NCBI RefSeq assembly: GCF_030384885.1
Contig: NZ_CP128613.1
DNA length: 64,000 nucleotides
DNA from: Escherichia coli
GTDB taxonomy: Bacteria; Pseudomonadota; Gammaproteobacteria; Enterobacterales; Enterobacteriaceae
Reading direction: 5' to 3' (one strand)
Position 1 is the first letter of the stretch, and every line of letters starts with the position of its first letter. The notes under the pieces were generated by a model. The model was not told the origin of the DNA and did not search any database. It saw only the letters and a program-made list of their open reading frames with translations. Made by a program: the position numbers and the translations under genes. This document shows, in pieces, positions 19,373-29,503 of the stretch.

Positions 19373-20059
19373 TTACTCTTCGCTAAACCAGTCGCTGTTT
19401 TCCTGGCGGATCTGGCGCACGGATTCGCTGATTTCCTGCAAATGTTGCGTCATTGCACGTTCTACCGCATCGCCATCACGTTTTTGCAGGGCAGAGAAAA
19501 TCTCAAGATGCTGGCGTAACAGCATTTCTGGTGGAGAAACGTGGTCGAAACTCATATAGCGCACGCGATCAACGGTCGCTTTCAGGTTCTCAATGGTATC
19601 CCACGCCAGTTGACAGTCGGCAATCTGCGTCAGGAGTTGATGGAAGTTGTCATCAAGTTCAAAAAAATCATCCAGTTGCTTGCGCTCAATGGCAATGCGT
19701 TGCTGGTGAAGATTTTGTTCCAGTTGGTAGCACTGGCTTTCGGTAATCATGCTCGCCGCCCGACGCGCCACCGCGCACTCAATGGCCTGACGGATAAAAC
19801 TGCCGTTGTGCACCTGGGCCATGGAAATTTTGTTGACGTAGCTGCCACGCTGCGGACGAATTTGAATCAGGCCGTTTTCCGCCAGTTTAATAAAGGCTTC
19901 ACGAACCGGCTGGCGTGACACATTGAAACGAACAGAAACTTCTTTTTCCGACAACGGTGTGCCTGGTGCAATCAGGCAATGGACAATGTCGCGGCGAAGA
20001 ATACGATAAATCTGCTGATTGACAGGCTGTGTGGGATTAAGTTGCGTTTCGACGGTCAT
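19373..20059 (-). CDS. rspR: GntR/FadR-family regulator RspR (YdfH)
   Basis: 228 aa with an N-terminal winged-HTH ([21 protein letters not shown]) and a FCD-type C-terminal domain. Confidence 0.9.
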   Translation of the reverse strand: MTVETQLNPTQPVNQQIYRILRRDIVHCLIAPGTPLSEKEVSVRFNVSRQPVREAFIKLAENGLIQIRPQRGSYVNKISMAQVHNGSFIRQAIECAVARRAASMITESQCYQLEQNLHQQRIAIERKQLDDFFELDDNFHQLLTQIADCQLAWDTIENLKATVDRVRYMSFDHVSPPEMLLRQHLEIFSALQKRDGDAVERAMTQHLQEISESVRQIRQENSDWFSEE

Positions 20060-20147
20060 TCGTTCTTGCTTGTGAGTGAGTTAACTGCATGAGTCTACCA
20101 CTTTTTTGTGACAAGCAATAACCCGGCAGTTACGCCGGGTATAAAAA

Positions 20148-20894
20148 TTACTGACGGTGGACATTCAGTCCGGCATAGCTTTGGGTAACCGGCATCATTT
20201 CCAGGGTATTGATATTGACGTGAGCAGGCAGCGTTGACACCCACCAGACGGCTTCGCTGACATCTTCTGGCGTCAATGCAACTGTGTTTTGATAGGTTTT
20301 TTCGGCTTTACCGTCATCACCTTTAAAGCGGACATTAGAAAACTCGGTGCCACCCACCAGTCCCGGTTCGATGTCTGTGACACGTACTGCCGTACCGTGC
20401 AGATCTGTGCGTAGATTAAGGCTGAACTGACGAACAAACGCTTTCGTCGCACCATAAACGTTACCACCAGCATACGGCCAGCTGCCTGCCGTGGAGCCAA
20501 TGTTAATGATATGACCATGATTACGTTCAACCATACCCGGTAAGACGGCCCGCGTCATATATACCAGGCCTTTGTTGTTGGTATCAATCATCGTTTCCCA
20601 GTCTTCAACGCTGGCTTTATGCGCAGGTTCCATGCCCAGCGCCAGACCGGCATTGTTTACCAGGATATCAATATTGCACCACTCGGCAGGAAGCGATGCC
20701 AGCATCTCTTCAATAGCGGCGCGATTACGAACGTCCAGTTGGGCGATATACAGATTATCACCCAGTTCGTCTTTTAACTCCTGCAACCGCTCCTGGCGAC
20801 GGCCAGTGGCGATAACTTTATGCCCTTGTTGAATAAAACGACGAGTAATGCATTCACCAAAACCTGCCGTTGCTCCAGTTACTAAAACGATCAT
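20148..20894 (-). CDS. ydfG: NADP-dependent 3-hydroxy acid dehydrogenase YdfG (SDR)
   Basis: 248 aa from MIVLVTGATAGFG, with catalytic YGATK. Confidence 0.93.
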   Translation of the reverse strand: MIVLVTGATAGFGECITRRFIQQGHKVIATGRRQERLQELKDELGDNLYIAQLDVRNRAAIEEMLASLPAEWCNIDILVNNAGLALGMEPAHKASVEDWETMIDTNNKGLVYMTRAVLPGMVERNHGHIINIGSTAGSWPYAGGNVYGATKAFVRQFSLNLRTDLHGTAVRVTDIEPGLVGGTEFSNVRFKGDDGKAEKTYQNTVALTPEDVSEAVWWVSTLPAHVNINTLEMMPVTQSYAGLNVHRQ

Positions 20895-21030
20895 CTCACT
20901 GTTCCTCAACGCTTTTGTGTGTCAATAACATAGCACGTGATGCTTAAGAGCGGGTAATACTGGTTTGCAAGATTGCACTCCGTTATCAGTAAGCCTACGC
21001 TATGGAACACCTCGCGTTCAGGAGAAGAAA

Positions 21031-23076
21031 ATGACAACAATGAATCCTTTCCTTGTGCAAAGCACACTGCCGTATCTGGCTCCCCATTTTGATCAAATTG
21101 CCAATCGTCACTATCGACCGGCATTTGATGAGGGAATGCAGCAAAAGCGGGCCGAAATTGCCGCCATTGCGCTCAACCCGCAAACACCTGATTTCAACAA
21201 TACTATTCTGGCACTGGAGCAGAGTGGGGAACTGCTGACCCGCGTCACCAGCGTTTTTTTTGCGATGACTGCGGCGCATACCAATGATGAATTACAGCGT
21301 CTTGATGAGCAGTTTTCCGCTGAACTGGCAGAACTGGCTAATGATATCTATCTGAACGGTGAATTATTCGCGCGAGTAGATGCTGTCTGGCAGCGACGTG
21401 AATCCGAGGGGCTTGATAGTGAATCCATTCGCCTGGTGGAGGTTATTCATCAACGTTTTGTCCTTGCCGGAGCCAAACTTGCACAAGCTGATAAAGCAAA
21501 ATTAAAAGTTCTTAATACAGAAGCTGCGACCCTGACCAGCCAGTTTAACCAGCGGTTACTGGCAGCAAATAAATCCGGCGGTCTGGTTCTGGACGATATT
21601 GCGCAACTGGCTGGGATGAGCGAACAGGAGATTGCGCTGGCGGCAGAGGCGGCTCGCGAGAAAGGTCTGGATAACAAATGGCTTATTCCGCTGCTGAATA
21701 CCACCCAGCAACCGGCGCTTGCTGAACTTCGCGATCGCGCGACGCGTGAAAAACTATTCACTGCGGGCTGGACGCGGGCAGAAAAAAATGACGCTAACGA
21801 TACCCGTGCCATTATTCAACGGCTTGTGGAGATCCGCGCGCAGCAGGCAAAACTGCTTGGCTTCCCTCATTATGCCGCATGGAAAATCGCCGATCAGATG
21901 GCAAAAACACCTGAAGCAGCACTCAACTTTATGCGGGAAATTGTTCCAGCGGCGCGTCAACGTGCGAGCGATGAATTAGCCTCCATACAGGCGGTTATCG
22001 ATAAGCAGCAGGGCGGGTTTAGCGCGCAGCCGTGGGACTGGGCATTTTATGCCGAGCAGGTAAGACGTGAGAAATTCGATCTCGATGAAGCGCAGCTCAA
22101 ACCTTATTTCGAATTAAACACGGTGTTGAATGAAGGCGTATTCTGGACTGCGAATCAGCTCTTCGGTATTAAGTTTGTCGAACGTTTTGATATTCCTGTC
22201 TACCATCCTGACGTTCGTGTGTGGGAAATTTTTGATCATAATGGCGTGGGGCTGGCGTTATTTTACGGTGATTTCTTCGCCCGTGATTCAAAAAGCGGCG
22301 GTGCATGGATGGGCAATTTTGTTGAGCAATCAACGCTGAATGAAACGCATCCGGTAATTTATAACGTCTGCAATTATCAGAAACCCGCTGCCGGTGAACC
22401 TGCGTTGTTACTCTGGGATGATGTGATAACCTTATTCCATGAATTTGGTCATACGCTGCACGGCCTTTTTGCCCGCCAGCGTTATGCCACGCTTTCCGGT
22501 ACCAACACGCCGCGTGATTTTGTCGAATTTCCGTCGCAAATCAACGAACACTGGGCAACGTATCCGCAGGTATTCGCTCGCTACGCCCGGCATTATCAGA
22601 GCGGGGCAGCAATGCCTGACGAACTGCAACAGAAAATGCGTAATGCCAGCCTGTTCAATAAAGGGTATGAGATGAGCGAACTGCTTAGCGCCGCGCTTCT
22701 CGATATGCGCTGGCATTGCCTGGAAGAAAACGAAGCAATGCAGGAGGTAGATGATTTCGAATTGCGGGCGCTGGTGGCGGAAAATATGGATCTTCCTGCT
22801 ATACCGCCACGCTATCGCAGCAGTTATTTCGCCCATATTTTTGGGGGCGGATATGCCGCAGGTTATTACGCTTATCTGTGGACGCAAATGTTGGCCGATG
22901 ATGGTTACCAGTGGTTTGTTGAGCAGGGCGGATTAACGCGTGAAAATGGGCTGCGTTTTCGCGAGGCGATCCTTTCCAGAGGTAACAGCGAAGATCTGGA
23001 ACGCCTGTATCGACAATGGCGCGGTAAGGCACCTCAGATTATGCCGATGCTGCAACATCGTGGCTTGAACGTATAA
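21031..23076 (+). CDS. dcp: Dipeptidyl carboxypeptidase II (M3 metallopeptidase)
   Basis: 681 aa from MTTMNPFLVQSTLPYLAPHF..., with Zn motif HEFGH. Confidence 0.95.
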   Translation: MTTMNPFLVQSTLPYLAPHFDQIANRHYRPAFDEGMQQKRAEIAAIALNPQTPDFNNTILALEQSGELLTRVTSVFFAMTAAHTNDELQRLDEQFSAELAELANDIYLNGELFARVDAVWQRRESEGLDSESIRLVEVIHQRFVLAGAKLAQADKAKLKVLNTEAATLTSQFNQRLLAANKSGGLVLDDIAQLAGMSEQEIALAAEAAREKGLDNKWLIPLLNTTQQPALAELRDRATREKLFTAGWTRAEKNDANDTRAIIQRLVEIRAQQAKLLGFPHYAAWKIADQMAKTPEAALNFMREIVPAARQRASDELASIQAVIDKQQGGFSAQPWDWAFYAEQVRREKFDLDEAQLKPYFELNTVLNEGVFWTANQLFGIKFVERFDIPVYHPDVRVWEIFDHNGVGLALFYGDFFARDSKSGGAWMGNFVEQSTLNETHPVIYNVCNYQKPAAGEPALLLWDDVITLFHEFGHTLHGLFARQRYATLSGTNTPRDFVEFPSQINEHWATYPQVFARYARHYQSGAAMPDELQQKMRNASLFNKGYEMSELLSAALLDMRWHCLEENEAMQEVDDFELRALVAENMDLPAIPPRYRSSYFAHIFGGGYAAGYYAYLWTQMLADDGYQWFVEQGGLTRENGLRFREAILSRGNSEDLERLYRQWRGKAPQIMPMLQHRGLNV

Positions 23077-23120
23077 ACACAACCAATGGCTGGCCTGGAT
23101 TTATCGCCAGACCAGCCTCG

Positions 23121-23639
23121 TTATAGCAGTAATTGCAGCAGCTGGGCGAGGGCAAACCTCACCGCTAAAGCTAATACCGTTTCGCAGTCGCCAGCAAAAT
23201 GCATAACCGCAGTGTAGTTCTGGCCTTTAATATGCCACGCGAACCAGACGGTACCCGCTGGCGTACCATCTTCACCGCCCTCCGGTCCGCCGTAGCCGGT
23301 AATGGCAATACTGACATCAGCATCCGCACGCTCTATGGCACCGGTTGCCATTTCTGCTGCCACTTTCTCACTCACCGCAGAATATCGTTCAAGAGATTGC
23401 TGGCTTACGCTGAGGATTTTCATCTTTGCCTGATCGGTGAAAGTAACAAAGCCTGCACCGTAAAATTTGGGTGTATCTTCAGCTGCACACAGGGCGCTAG
23501 CCAACTTACCGCCGGTGCATGATTCGGCGGTAGTTAAGCGTAATTGATCCGCGATAAGTCTTTGACTCAACGCGGATGTCAGGTTTTCAATAGTGTCGGT
23601 ATCTGCGAGTTGTACAATTTTATCTTTATTAATGTTCAC
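23121..23639 (-). CDS. ydeJ: CinA-C/PncC-like domain protein YdeJ
   Basis: 172 aa. TTAESCTGG and ITGYGGP are typical of CinA-type NMN amidohydrolase domains. Confidence 0.88.
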   Translation of the reverse strand: MNINKDKIVQLADTDTIENLTSALSQRLIADQLRLTTAESCTGGKLASALCAAEDTPKFYGAGFVTFTDQAKMKILSVSQQSLERYSAVSEKVAAEMATGAIERADADVSIAITGYGGPEGGEDGTPAGTVWFAWHIKGQNYTAVMHFAGDCETVLALAVRFALAQLLQLLL

Positions 23640-23914
23640 TGTTTTTTGTCCACGCTATTATATGTAAAGGTGATTTGCTTTTTCTGTATGCTCGTCCAAT
23701 ATAATAATTTTCAAACATATAAATCCGATTATTCTGAAAATATGTTTAAGACTCTTCAATCTTCTTAACTTTAGTGAGTTAAATTCTCTGAATATTTGAC
23801 AGCTAGTTGGCTGATTTTAAATGCCTTATAACAATTGGCAGTATTCTTATTTGGCAATTATAAAAATAGCAACCAGACTTAATAAGTCAAACCAAACGCA
23901 ATTAAGGAGTTAGT

Positions 23915-24307
23915 ATGAAATTTCAGGCCATTGTATTAGCAAGTTTTCTTGTCATGCCTTATGCGTTGGCAGATGACCCGGGCGGTTTAAAACAGGATGC
24001 AGCGCCACCGCCGCCTCATGCAATAGAAGATGGCTATCGCGGAACCGACGATGCAAAAAAAATGACCGTTGATTTCGCAAAAACCATGCACGATGGCGCT
24101 TCGGTTTCACTACGCGGTAATTTGATTTCTCACAAAGGAGAGGACCGTTACGTTTTTCGCGATAAGAGCGGTGAAATTAATGTTGTTATTCCTGCGGCAG
24201 TCTTTGATGGACGAGAAGTTCAGCCGGACCAGATGATCAACATTAGCGGCAGTCTGGATAAGAAAAGCGCGCCGGCCGTCGTTCGGGTCACTCATTTGCA
24301 GAAATAA
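23915..24307 (+). CDS. ydeI: Periplasmic OB-fold (YgiW/BOF family) stress protein YdeI
   Basis: 130 aa with signal peptide [19 protein letters not shown]. Confidence 0.88.
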   Translation: MKFQAIVLASFLVMPYALADDPGGLKQDAAPPPPHAIEDGYRGTDDAKKMTVDFAKTMHDGASVSLRGNLISHKGEDRYVFRDKSGEINVVIPAAVFDGREVQPDQMINISGSLDKKSAPAVVRVTHLQK

Positions 24308-24561
24308 AAATAAATTAGCCTGATGGCCTGAACTACTGGGCCATTAGGGTATTGGGTTATGCTATTTGTCATCCTTTTAATTGCGATAATGCAGGCTTAA
24401 TTTACAGAATTAAACACTTTTTTATCCGCTGATTTTGTTTTAAATCACAATGTTATCTCAGAGATGACTCATAACTTCGGATTTCTATGAAAATATTGAC
24501 GTAATTTTGCTTTTCTCTCGTTAGAATAGCGCGCACAAGGAACTGTGAAAAAGGAGTGGCA

Positions 24562-25452
24562 ATGATCAAGAAGACAACGGAAATTGATGCCATCTTGTTA
24601 AATCTCAATAAGGCTATCGATGCCCACTACCAGTGGCTGGTGAGTATGTTTCACAGCGTGGTCGCGAGAGATGCCAGTAAGCCAGAAATAACGGATAACC
24701 ATTCTTATGGACTGTGCCAGTTTGGTCGGTGGATTGATCATCAGGGGCCACTCGATAACGATGAATTACCTTACGTTCGGCTAATGGATTCTGCCCATCA
24801 ACATATGCATAACTGTGGTCGGGAATTAATGCTGGCTATTGTTGAAAATCGCTGGCATGACGCACATTTCGACGCCTTTCAGGAAGGGTTGCTTTCTTTT
24901 ACTGCGGCATTAACCGATTACAAAATTTATTTGCTGACGATCCGTAGCAATATGGATGTTTTGACGGGTTTGCCGGGGCGTCGGGTTCTTGATGAATCCT
25001 TCGATCATCAGTTACGCAATGCTGAACCTCTGAATCTTTATTTAATGTTGTTGGATATTGACCGATTTAAATTGGTTAATGATACCTACGGGCATTTAAT
25101 CGGCGATGTAGTATTACGCACCCTCGCAACTTACTTAGCCAGTTGGACGCGCGATTACGAAACGGTTTATCGCTACGGGGGCGAAGAATTTATCATTATT
25201 GTCAAAGCGGCTAATGATGAAGAAGCATGTCGTGCAGGTATCAGAATTTGCCAGTTAGTCGATAACCATGCCATCACACATTCTGAAGGGCATATCAACA
25301 TTACCGTGACAGCAGGTGTGAGTCGCGCATTTCCTGAAGAATCTCTGGATGTGGTCATTGGAAGAGCGGACAGGGCAATGTATGAGGGTAAGCAAACCGG
25401 AAGAAATCGCTGCATGTTTATTGACGAACAAAATGTGATTAACCGAGTTTAA
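24562..25452 (+). CDS. dgcZ: Zinc-sensing diguanylate cyclase DgcZ (YdeH)
   Basis: 296 aa from MIKKTTEIDAILLNLNKAIDAHYQW (CZB domain), with GGEEF active site (YRYGGEEFIIIV). Confidence 0.94.
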   Translation: MIKKTTEIDAILLNLNKAIDAHYQWLVSMFHSVVARDASKPEITDNHSYGLCQFGRWIDHQGPLDNDELPYVRLMDSAHQHMHNCGRELMLAIVENRWHDAHFDAFQEGLLSFTAALTDYKIYLLTIRSNMDVLTGLPGRRVLDESFDHQLRNAEPLNLYLMLLDIDRFKLVNDTYGHLIGDVVLRTLATYLASWTRDYETVYRYGGEEFIIIVKAANDEEACRAGIRICQLVDNHAITHSEGHINITVTAGVSRAFPEESLDVVIGRADRAMYEGKQTGRNRCMFIDEQNVINRV

Positions 25453-25462
25453 GCTCCGTTTA
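25446..25462 (+). promoter_or_regulatory. PhoP box (direct repeat) of the mgrR promoter
   Basis: AGTTTA-AGCTC-CGTTTA fits (T/G)GTTTA-N5-(T/G)GTTTA. It overlaps the dgcZ stop codon. Confidence 0.6.
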
Positions 25463-25486
25463 ACATTCATTGAGAAAACTGATGCT

Positions 25487-25596
25487 ACTGTGTCAACGAT
25501 CCGTTATCAGTGCAGGAAAATGCCTGTTAGCGTAAAAGCAAAACACAAATCTATCCATGCAAGCATTCACCGCCGGTTTACTGGCGGTTTTTTTTC
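25487..25596 (+). ncRNA. mgrR: PhoP-dependent Hfq-binding sRNA MgrR (5' end approximate)
   Basis: A non-coding stretch downstream of the PhoP box ends in an 8-bp GC-rich hairpin (25569-25588) plus a T8 run. The location between dgcZ and mgtS matches K-12 mgrR. The TSS is not determinable from sequence. Confidence 0.65.
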
Positions 25597-25603
25597 GCCG
25601 TCA

Positions 25604-25643
25604 TAAAAATCAGGCCCCTTGTACACAGTTGTAACAAGGGGCC
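25604..25643 (-). terminator. Intrinsic terminator of mgtS
   Basis: Perfect 10-bp stem GGCCCCTTGT/ACAAGGGGCC, followed on the minus strand by TGATTTTTA. Confidence 0.75.
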
Positions 25644-25670
25644 GGTTAGGTGAGGGATTATCTCCGTTCA

Positions 25671-25766
25671 TTAGTCATCCCATTTGTGGCTGAAATACGC
25701 GGCCAGAAACCCAGAAAATAAAATTATTCCCAGTACGGCCATAAAAACATTCATATTACCCAGCAT
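25671..25766 (-). CDS. mgtS: 31-aa membrane small protein MgtS (YneM)
   Basis: Hand translation gives MLGNMNVFMAVLGIILFSGFLAAYFSHKWDD*, with SD GGAGG 7 nt upstream. Upstream on the minus strand a CGTTTA half PhoP box lies 12 nt before TAATAT. The gene is below the ORF-track size cutoff. Confidence 0.9.
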   Translation of the reverse strand: MLGNMNVFMAVLGIILFSGFLAAYFSHKWDD

Positions 25767-25892
25767 TATTTGCCTCCGTTTATGGTGTGGTGTGTTTCCT
25801 CGCTTACCTTAATTTTCATCTCAATGAGAAAGATATTAGCAGAGGTAACCTAAACGAAGGCTGAATTAAATTTTTATTGTGTTCGACTTAAA

Positions 25893-27080
25893 TCAACAAA
25901 GCGCGGGCTGCCCCCACGGTCTTGCACGAATTCCTTTTAACATCAGCACCCACGCAGCAACGATCACCAACGCTAAGATGATAAACAGCGAGAAAGGCGG
26001 CATACTGGTAAGCACTACGCCACTCACTAATGGGTTAATCGCCGCACCAAGCCAGCCTAAAGACTGGGCGGAAAAATAGCTGGCTTTCATTCCTGGCGGC
26101 GCAATATGGTCAATCAACATATACTCGCCCGGCGCATAAATGATTTCACCGACAGTAAATACCGCAGCTGACATACCCCACAATAGCAGGCTGTTGCCGG
26201 AAAAAATAAAACCGACCAGCCCAATGACGAAACAGAGGGTGCCTGCTGTCATCAGCGCGCGGATGTTAGCCGGGTTAAGGCGGCGGCCCACGGAATATTG
26301 CAACGTAACCACCATGGCAGCATTCACCGGAAGAACAACCGCGACCACCTTTTCGGCAAAATCACCATCAGCAATTACCATCACATATTGTGAAATGCAT
26401 GAAGCAAATGCGCCGCTAACAAAAGAAGCCAGAAAGCCCGAGCAGGTAAACCACAACAGTGCTTTATCTTGTAATAAAACTTTCGGCGACCAGACACTGC
26501 CTGTTTCCGTGGCGATGATTTTCTCGCTGCGCTTTACCCAAATTTGAATGAAAAGCATGGGAAACGCGGAACAGATAGCTGCCAGCCAAAAGGGCAGATT
26601 GATGCTCTGCATCACCAACAGCGTGCCGAGCGGCGGACCGATGGTCCAGCCAATGTTGAGCATGGTGTAGTTGATTGAGAAGATTTTCGTTTTGCTGGTG
26701 GACGAAAGATTGTCGGCAAACCAGGCTTTCAACACGGTAGCAAAAACGGAATAGGCGCAGTTAATAAGGGCAAAAAAGAGCACCACCAGCGTCACGTTAT
26801 TCACTAAAGGAATGGCAATAAAACCGCTAGCGAAGGCGGTAATTGCCAGTAACATATAGCGTTTCTTGTCGAACTTATCCGCCAGGATACCAAAACCGAG
26901 GCTAAAAACGACGCCAATAGTGAGCGCAATTGTCATCGCATAACCGATTAGATCGACACTCAGGCTGTACTGGCGACTCAAGTAAATGGTCATAAATGGC
27001 AGCGTAGCGCCGCGTCCGATGGTTAATAACAACGACGAGGCAAGAAGGGCGCTGGTAGAGCGTCGTAGGGATAAGTTCAT
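25893..27080 (-). CDS. ydeE: MFS exporter YdeE
   Basis: 395-aa, 12-TM MFS protein in the syntenic position. Confidence 0.9.
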   Translation of the reverse strand: MNLSLRRSTSALLASSLLLTIGRGATLPFMTIYLSRQYSLSVDLIGYAMTIALTIGVVFSLGFGILADKFDKKRYMLLAITAFASGFIAIPLVNNVTLVVLFFALINCAYSVFATVLKAWFADNLSSTSKTKIFSINYTMLNIGWTIGPPLGTLLVMQSINLPFWLAAICSAFPMLFIQIWVKRSEKIIATETGSVWSPKVLLQDKALLWFTCSGFLASFVSGAFASCISQYVMVIADGDFAEKVVAVVLPVNAAMVVTLQYSVGRRLNPANIRALMTAGTLCFVIGLVGFIFSGNSLLLWGMSAAVFTVGEIIYAPGEYMLIDHIAPPGMKASYFSAQSLGWLGAAINPLVSGVVLTSMPPFSLFIILALVIVAAWVLMLKGIRARPWGQPALC

Positions 27081-27274
27081 TTGTCTGTCCGGCAGTGCGT
27101 TTCGTTATGTTTTGTTTTAGAGATGTAAAGAAATAGCATGGCAAAAATCCGAAGTATAGCGACTTATTTGCGCATTAATGCCGTCGTAACCGGCGACTAA
27201 CGAATCAACTGTTAAAGAAAAGTAAATTCAGCTAATTTGATTGCTTACAAAAGATGAAATTCAGAGGCGGTAGA

Positions 27275-28174
27275 ATGTCGCGAAAAGATGGGGTGTTGGC
27301 GCTACTGGTAGTGGTCGTATGGGGGCTAAATTTTGTGGTCATCAAAGTGGGGCTTCATAACATGCCACCGCTGATGCTGGCCGGTTTGCGCTTTATGCTG
27401 GTCGCTTTTCCGGCCATCTTTTTTGTCGCACGACCGAAAGTACCACTGAATTTGCTGCTGGGGTATGGATTAACCATCAGTTTTGCGCAGTTTGCCTTTC
27501 TGTTCTGTGCCATAAATTTTGGTATGCCTGCTGGACTGGCTTCGCTGGTGTTACAGGCACAGGCGTTTTTTACTATCGTGCTTGGCGCGTTTACTTTCGG
27601 TGAGCGACTGCATGGCAAACAATTGGCGGGGATCGCCTTAGCGATTTTTGGCGTACTGGTGTTAATCGAAGATAGTTTTAACGGTCAGCATGTGGCGATG
27701 CTCGGCTTTATGTTGACCCTGGCGGCAGCATTTAGTTGGGCGTGCGGCAATATCTTCAATAAAAAAATAATGTCACACCCAACGCGTCCGGCAGTGATGT
27801 CGCTGGTCATCTGGAGCGCATTAATCCCGATCATTCCTTTCTTTGTTGCCTCGCTGATTCTCGATGGTTCCGCAACCATGATTCACAGTCTGGTCACTAT
27901 CGATATGACCACCATCTTGTCTCTGATGTATCTGGCGTTTGTGGCGACAATTGTTGGTTATGGGATCTGGGGGACGTTACTGGGACGCTATGAAACCTGG
28001 CGGGTTGCACCGTTATCGTTACTGGTGCCCGTAGTAGGACTGGCAAGTGCGGCACTATTGCTGGATGAACGCTTAACGGGTCTGCAATTTTTCGGTGCGG
28101 TGCTCATTATGACCGGGCTGTATATCAATGTGTTTGGTATGCGGTGGCGTAAAGCCGTGAAAGTGAGAGGCTAA
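27275..28174 (+). CDS. eamA: Cysteine/O-acetylserine exporter EamA (YdeD), DMT family
   Basis: 299 aa from MSRKDGVLALLVVVVWGLNFVVIK... Confidence 0.92.
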   Translation: MSRKDGVLALLVVVVWGLNFVVIKVGLHNMPPLMLAGLRFMLVAFPAIFFVARPKVPLNLLLGYGLTISFAQFAFLFCAINFGMPAGLASLVLQAQAFFTIVLGAFTFGERLHGKQLAGIALAIFGVLVLIEDSFNGQHVAMLGFMLTLAAAFSWACGNIFNKKIMSHPTRPAVMSLVIWSALIPIIPFFVASLILDGSATMIHSLVTIDMTTILSLMYLAFVATIVGYGIWGTLLGRYETWRVAPLSLLVPVVGLASAALLLDERLTGLQFFGAVLIMTGLYINVFGMRWRKAVKVRG

Positions 28175-28195
28175 AAAGCCCCGAGATGTCGGGGC
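28173..28195 (-). terminator. Intrinsic terminator of marRAB
   Basis: Stem GCCCCGA/TCGGGGC with a 4-nt loop, followed on the minus strand by TTTTT. Confidence 0.8.
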
Positions 28196-28204
28196 CAGAA
28201 TAAA

Positions 28205-28423
28205 TTACATAGCGTGTTGATTATAATAGGGCACGCCAAGCGCATCCGATTTATCACTGCCAGTACCCATGTGATTTAAATCAAACGGTGGTTGTTCCTG
28301 CGATGGGGGAACAACCACCACATTGCCACAGGAAGTAACAACCGGCTGCGTGGTTTGTTCCGCAAAGCTCTGCGCAGAGAAGAGAATAAGCGCGGTTACC
28401 ATTGCGGATAAAAGTGGTTTCAT
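28205..28423 (-). CDS. marB: Periplasmic protein MarB
   Basis: 72 aa with a signal peptide, downstream of marA. Confidence 0.9.
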   Translation of the reverse strand: MKPLLSAMVTALILFSAQSFAEQTTQPVVTSCGNVVVVPPSQEQPPFDLNHMGTGSDKSDALGVPYYNQHAM

Positions 28424-28454
28424 GATTGCCTCAGTGACGTTGTCACGTTATCAA

Positions 28455-28838
28455 CTAGCTGTTGTAATGATTTAATGGATGTAAAAAGCGCGATTCGCCC
28501 TGCATATTGGTCATCCGGTATTTATGTGGTGGAACATCAAAGTAATTTTTGAAGGTTCGGGTCAGAGTTTGTTGCGACTCGAAGCCATATCGTTCTGCCA
28601 GATAGAGTATCGGCTCGTTACTTTCCTTCAGCTTTTGCGCGATTTCCGTCATCTTACGGCTGCGGATGTATTGGCCTAATGAATGACCGGTTTCTTTTTT
28701 AAACATCCGTTGCAGGTGCCATTTGGAGTAACCCGAACGCTCTGACACTTTCTCCAGTGACAGTGGCGATTCCAGGTTGTCCTCGATCCAGTCCAAAATG
28801 CTATGAATGGTAATAGCGTCAGTATTGCGTCTGGACAT
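28455..28838 (-). CDS. marA: AraC/XylS-family multiple-antibiotic-resistance activator MarA
   Basis: 127 aa from [31 protein letters not shown]... The ORF-track start at 28889 overlaps marR and is an extension. Confidence 0.94.
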
Positions 28839-28857
28839 CGTCATACCTCTTTTTTGT

Positions 28858-29292
28858 TTACGGCAGGACTTTCTTAAGCAAATGCTCAAGTGTTGCCACT
28901 TCGTCCGCCGTCAGGTTTTTTGTTAATTCTTGATGCAGGTCCTGGCCAACTAATTGATGGCATTGTTCACATATTGCCGCGCCGCTGGTGGTAAGTTTTA
29001 CCAGTACGCCGCGCTTATCATTCGGGTTCGGCAACCTTTCCACCCAGCCTTTACAAACCAGGCGATCCAGCATACGGGTCAGCGCTCCCAGGTCGACCGA
29101 CAACACTTTTTTCAGTTCAACCGGAGTAATACACGACGCGCAGCGGATAGAGCAGAGCACCTTAAACTGTGCCGCGGTAATATCCAGCGGAGACAGATAC
29201 TCGTTAAGCAGGCGATCTTTCTTCTGATTAACCATATGGATTAAGCGACCCAATGGAATAATTTCATTGAACAGATCGCTGGTACTTTTCAC
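28858..29292 (-). CDS. marR: Repressor MarR
   Basis: 144 aa, [46 protein letters not shown]... Confidence 0.95.
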
Positions 29293-29297
29293 ATTAG

Positions 29298-29355
29298 TTG
29301 CCCTGGCAAGTAATTAGTTGCAGGGGATAATATTGCCCAGGCAAGTATAAGTCAA
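29298..29355 (-). promoter_or_regulatory. marRAB promoter with MarR operator sites I and II (marO)
   Basis: On the minus strand: -35 TTGACT (29350-29355), a 17-nt spacer, and -10 TATTAT (29327-29332). Palindromes TTGCCCAGGCAA (29333-29344, site I, within the spacer) and TTGCCCTGGCAA (29298-29309, site II) are present. Confidence 0.85.
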
Positions 29356-29371
29356 ATGAATGAATTAACCG

Positions 29372-29391
29372 ATGCCACGTTTTGCTAAATC
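29372..29391. promoter_or_regulatory. marbox (MarA/SoxS/Rob binding site)
   Basis: ATGCCACGTTTTGCTAAATC lies upstream of the mar -35 and is recognised as the marRAB marbox. Confidence 0.8.
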
Positions 29392-29503
29392 GGTTCAAGT
29401 TTTGGTCAATGCGATTCAAGGCTAGCTAAAGAGTGACACTTTATCGTTGTTTACCCCTTATACTTTTCGCTGATAACCCAGATACACAGGATAACAACCA
29501 CTA

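Noticed and set aside
23089-23119. Imperfect hairpin GGCTGGCCTGG...CCAGACCAGCC between dcp and ydeJ as a bidirectional terminator
   Set aside because: It has one stem mismatch and no T-run on either strand. The evidence is too weak to list as a feature.
24496-24530. Possible sigma70 promoter (TTGACG ... TAGAAT) and CpxR site upstream of dgcZ
   Set aside because: The spacer between the best -35 and -10 candidates is 20 nt, and I could not identify a convincing GTAAA-N5-GTAAA CpxR repeat.
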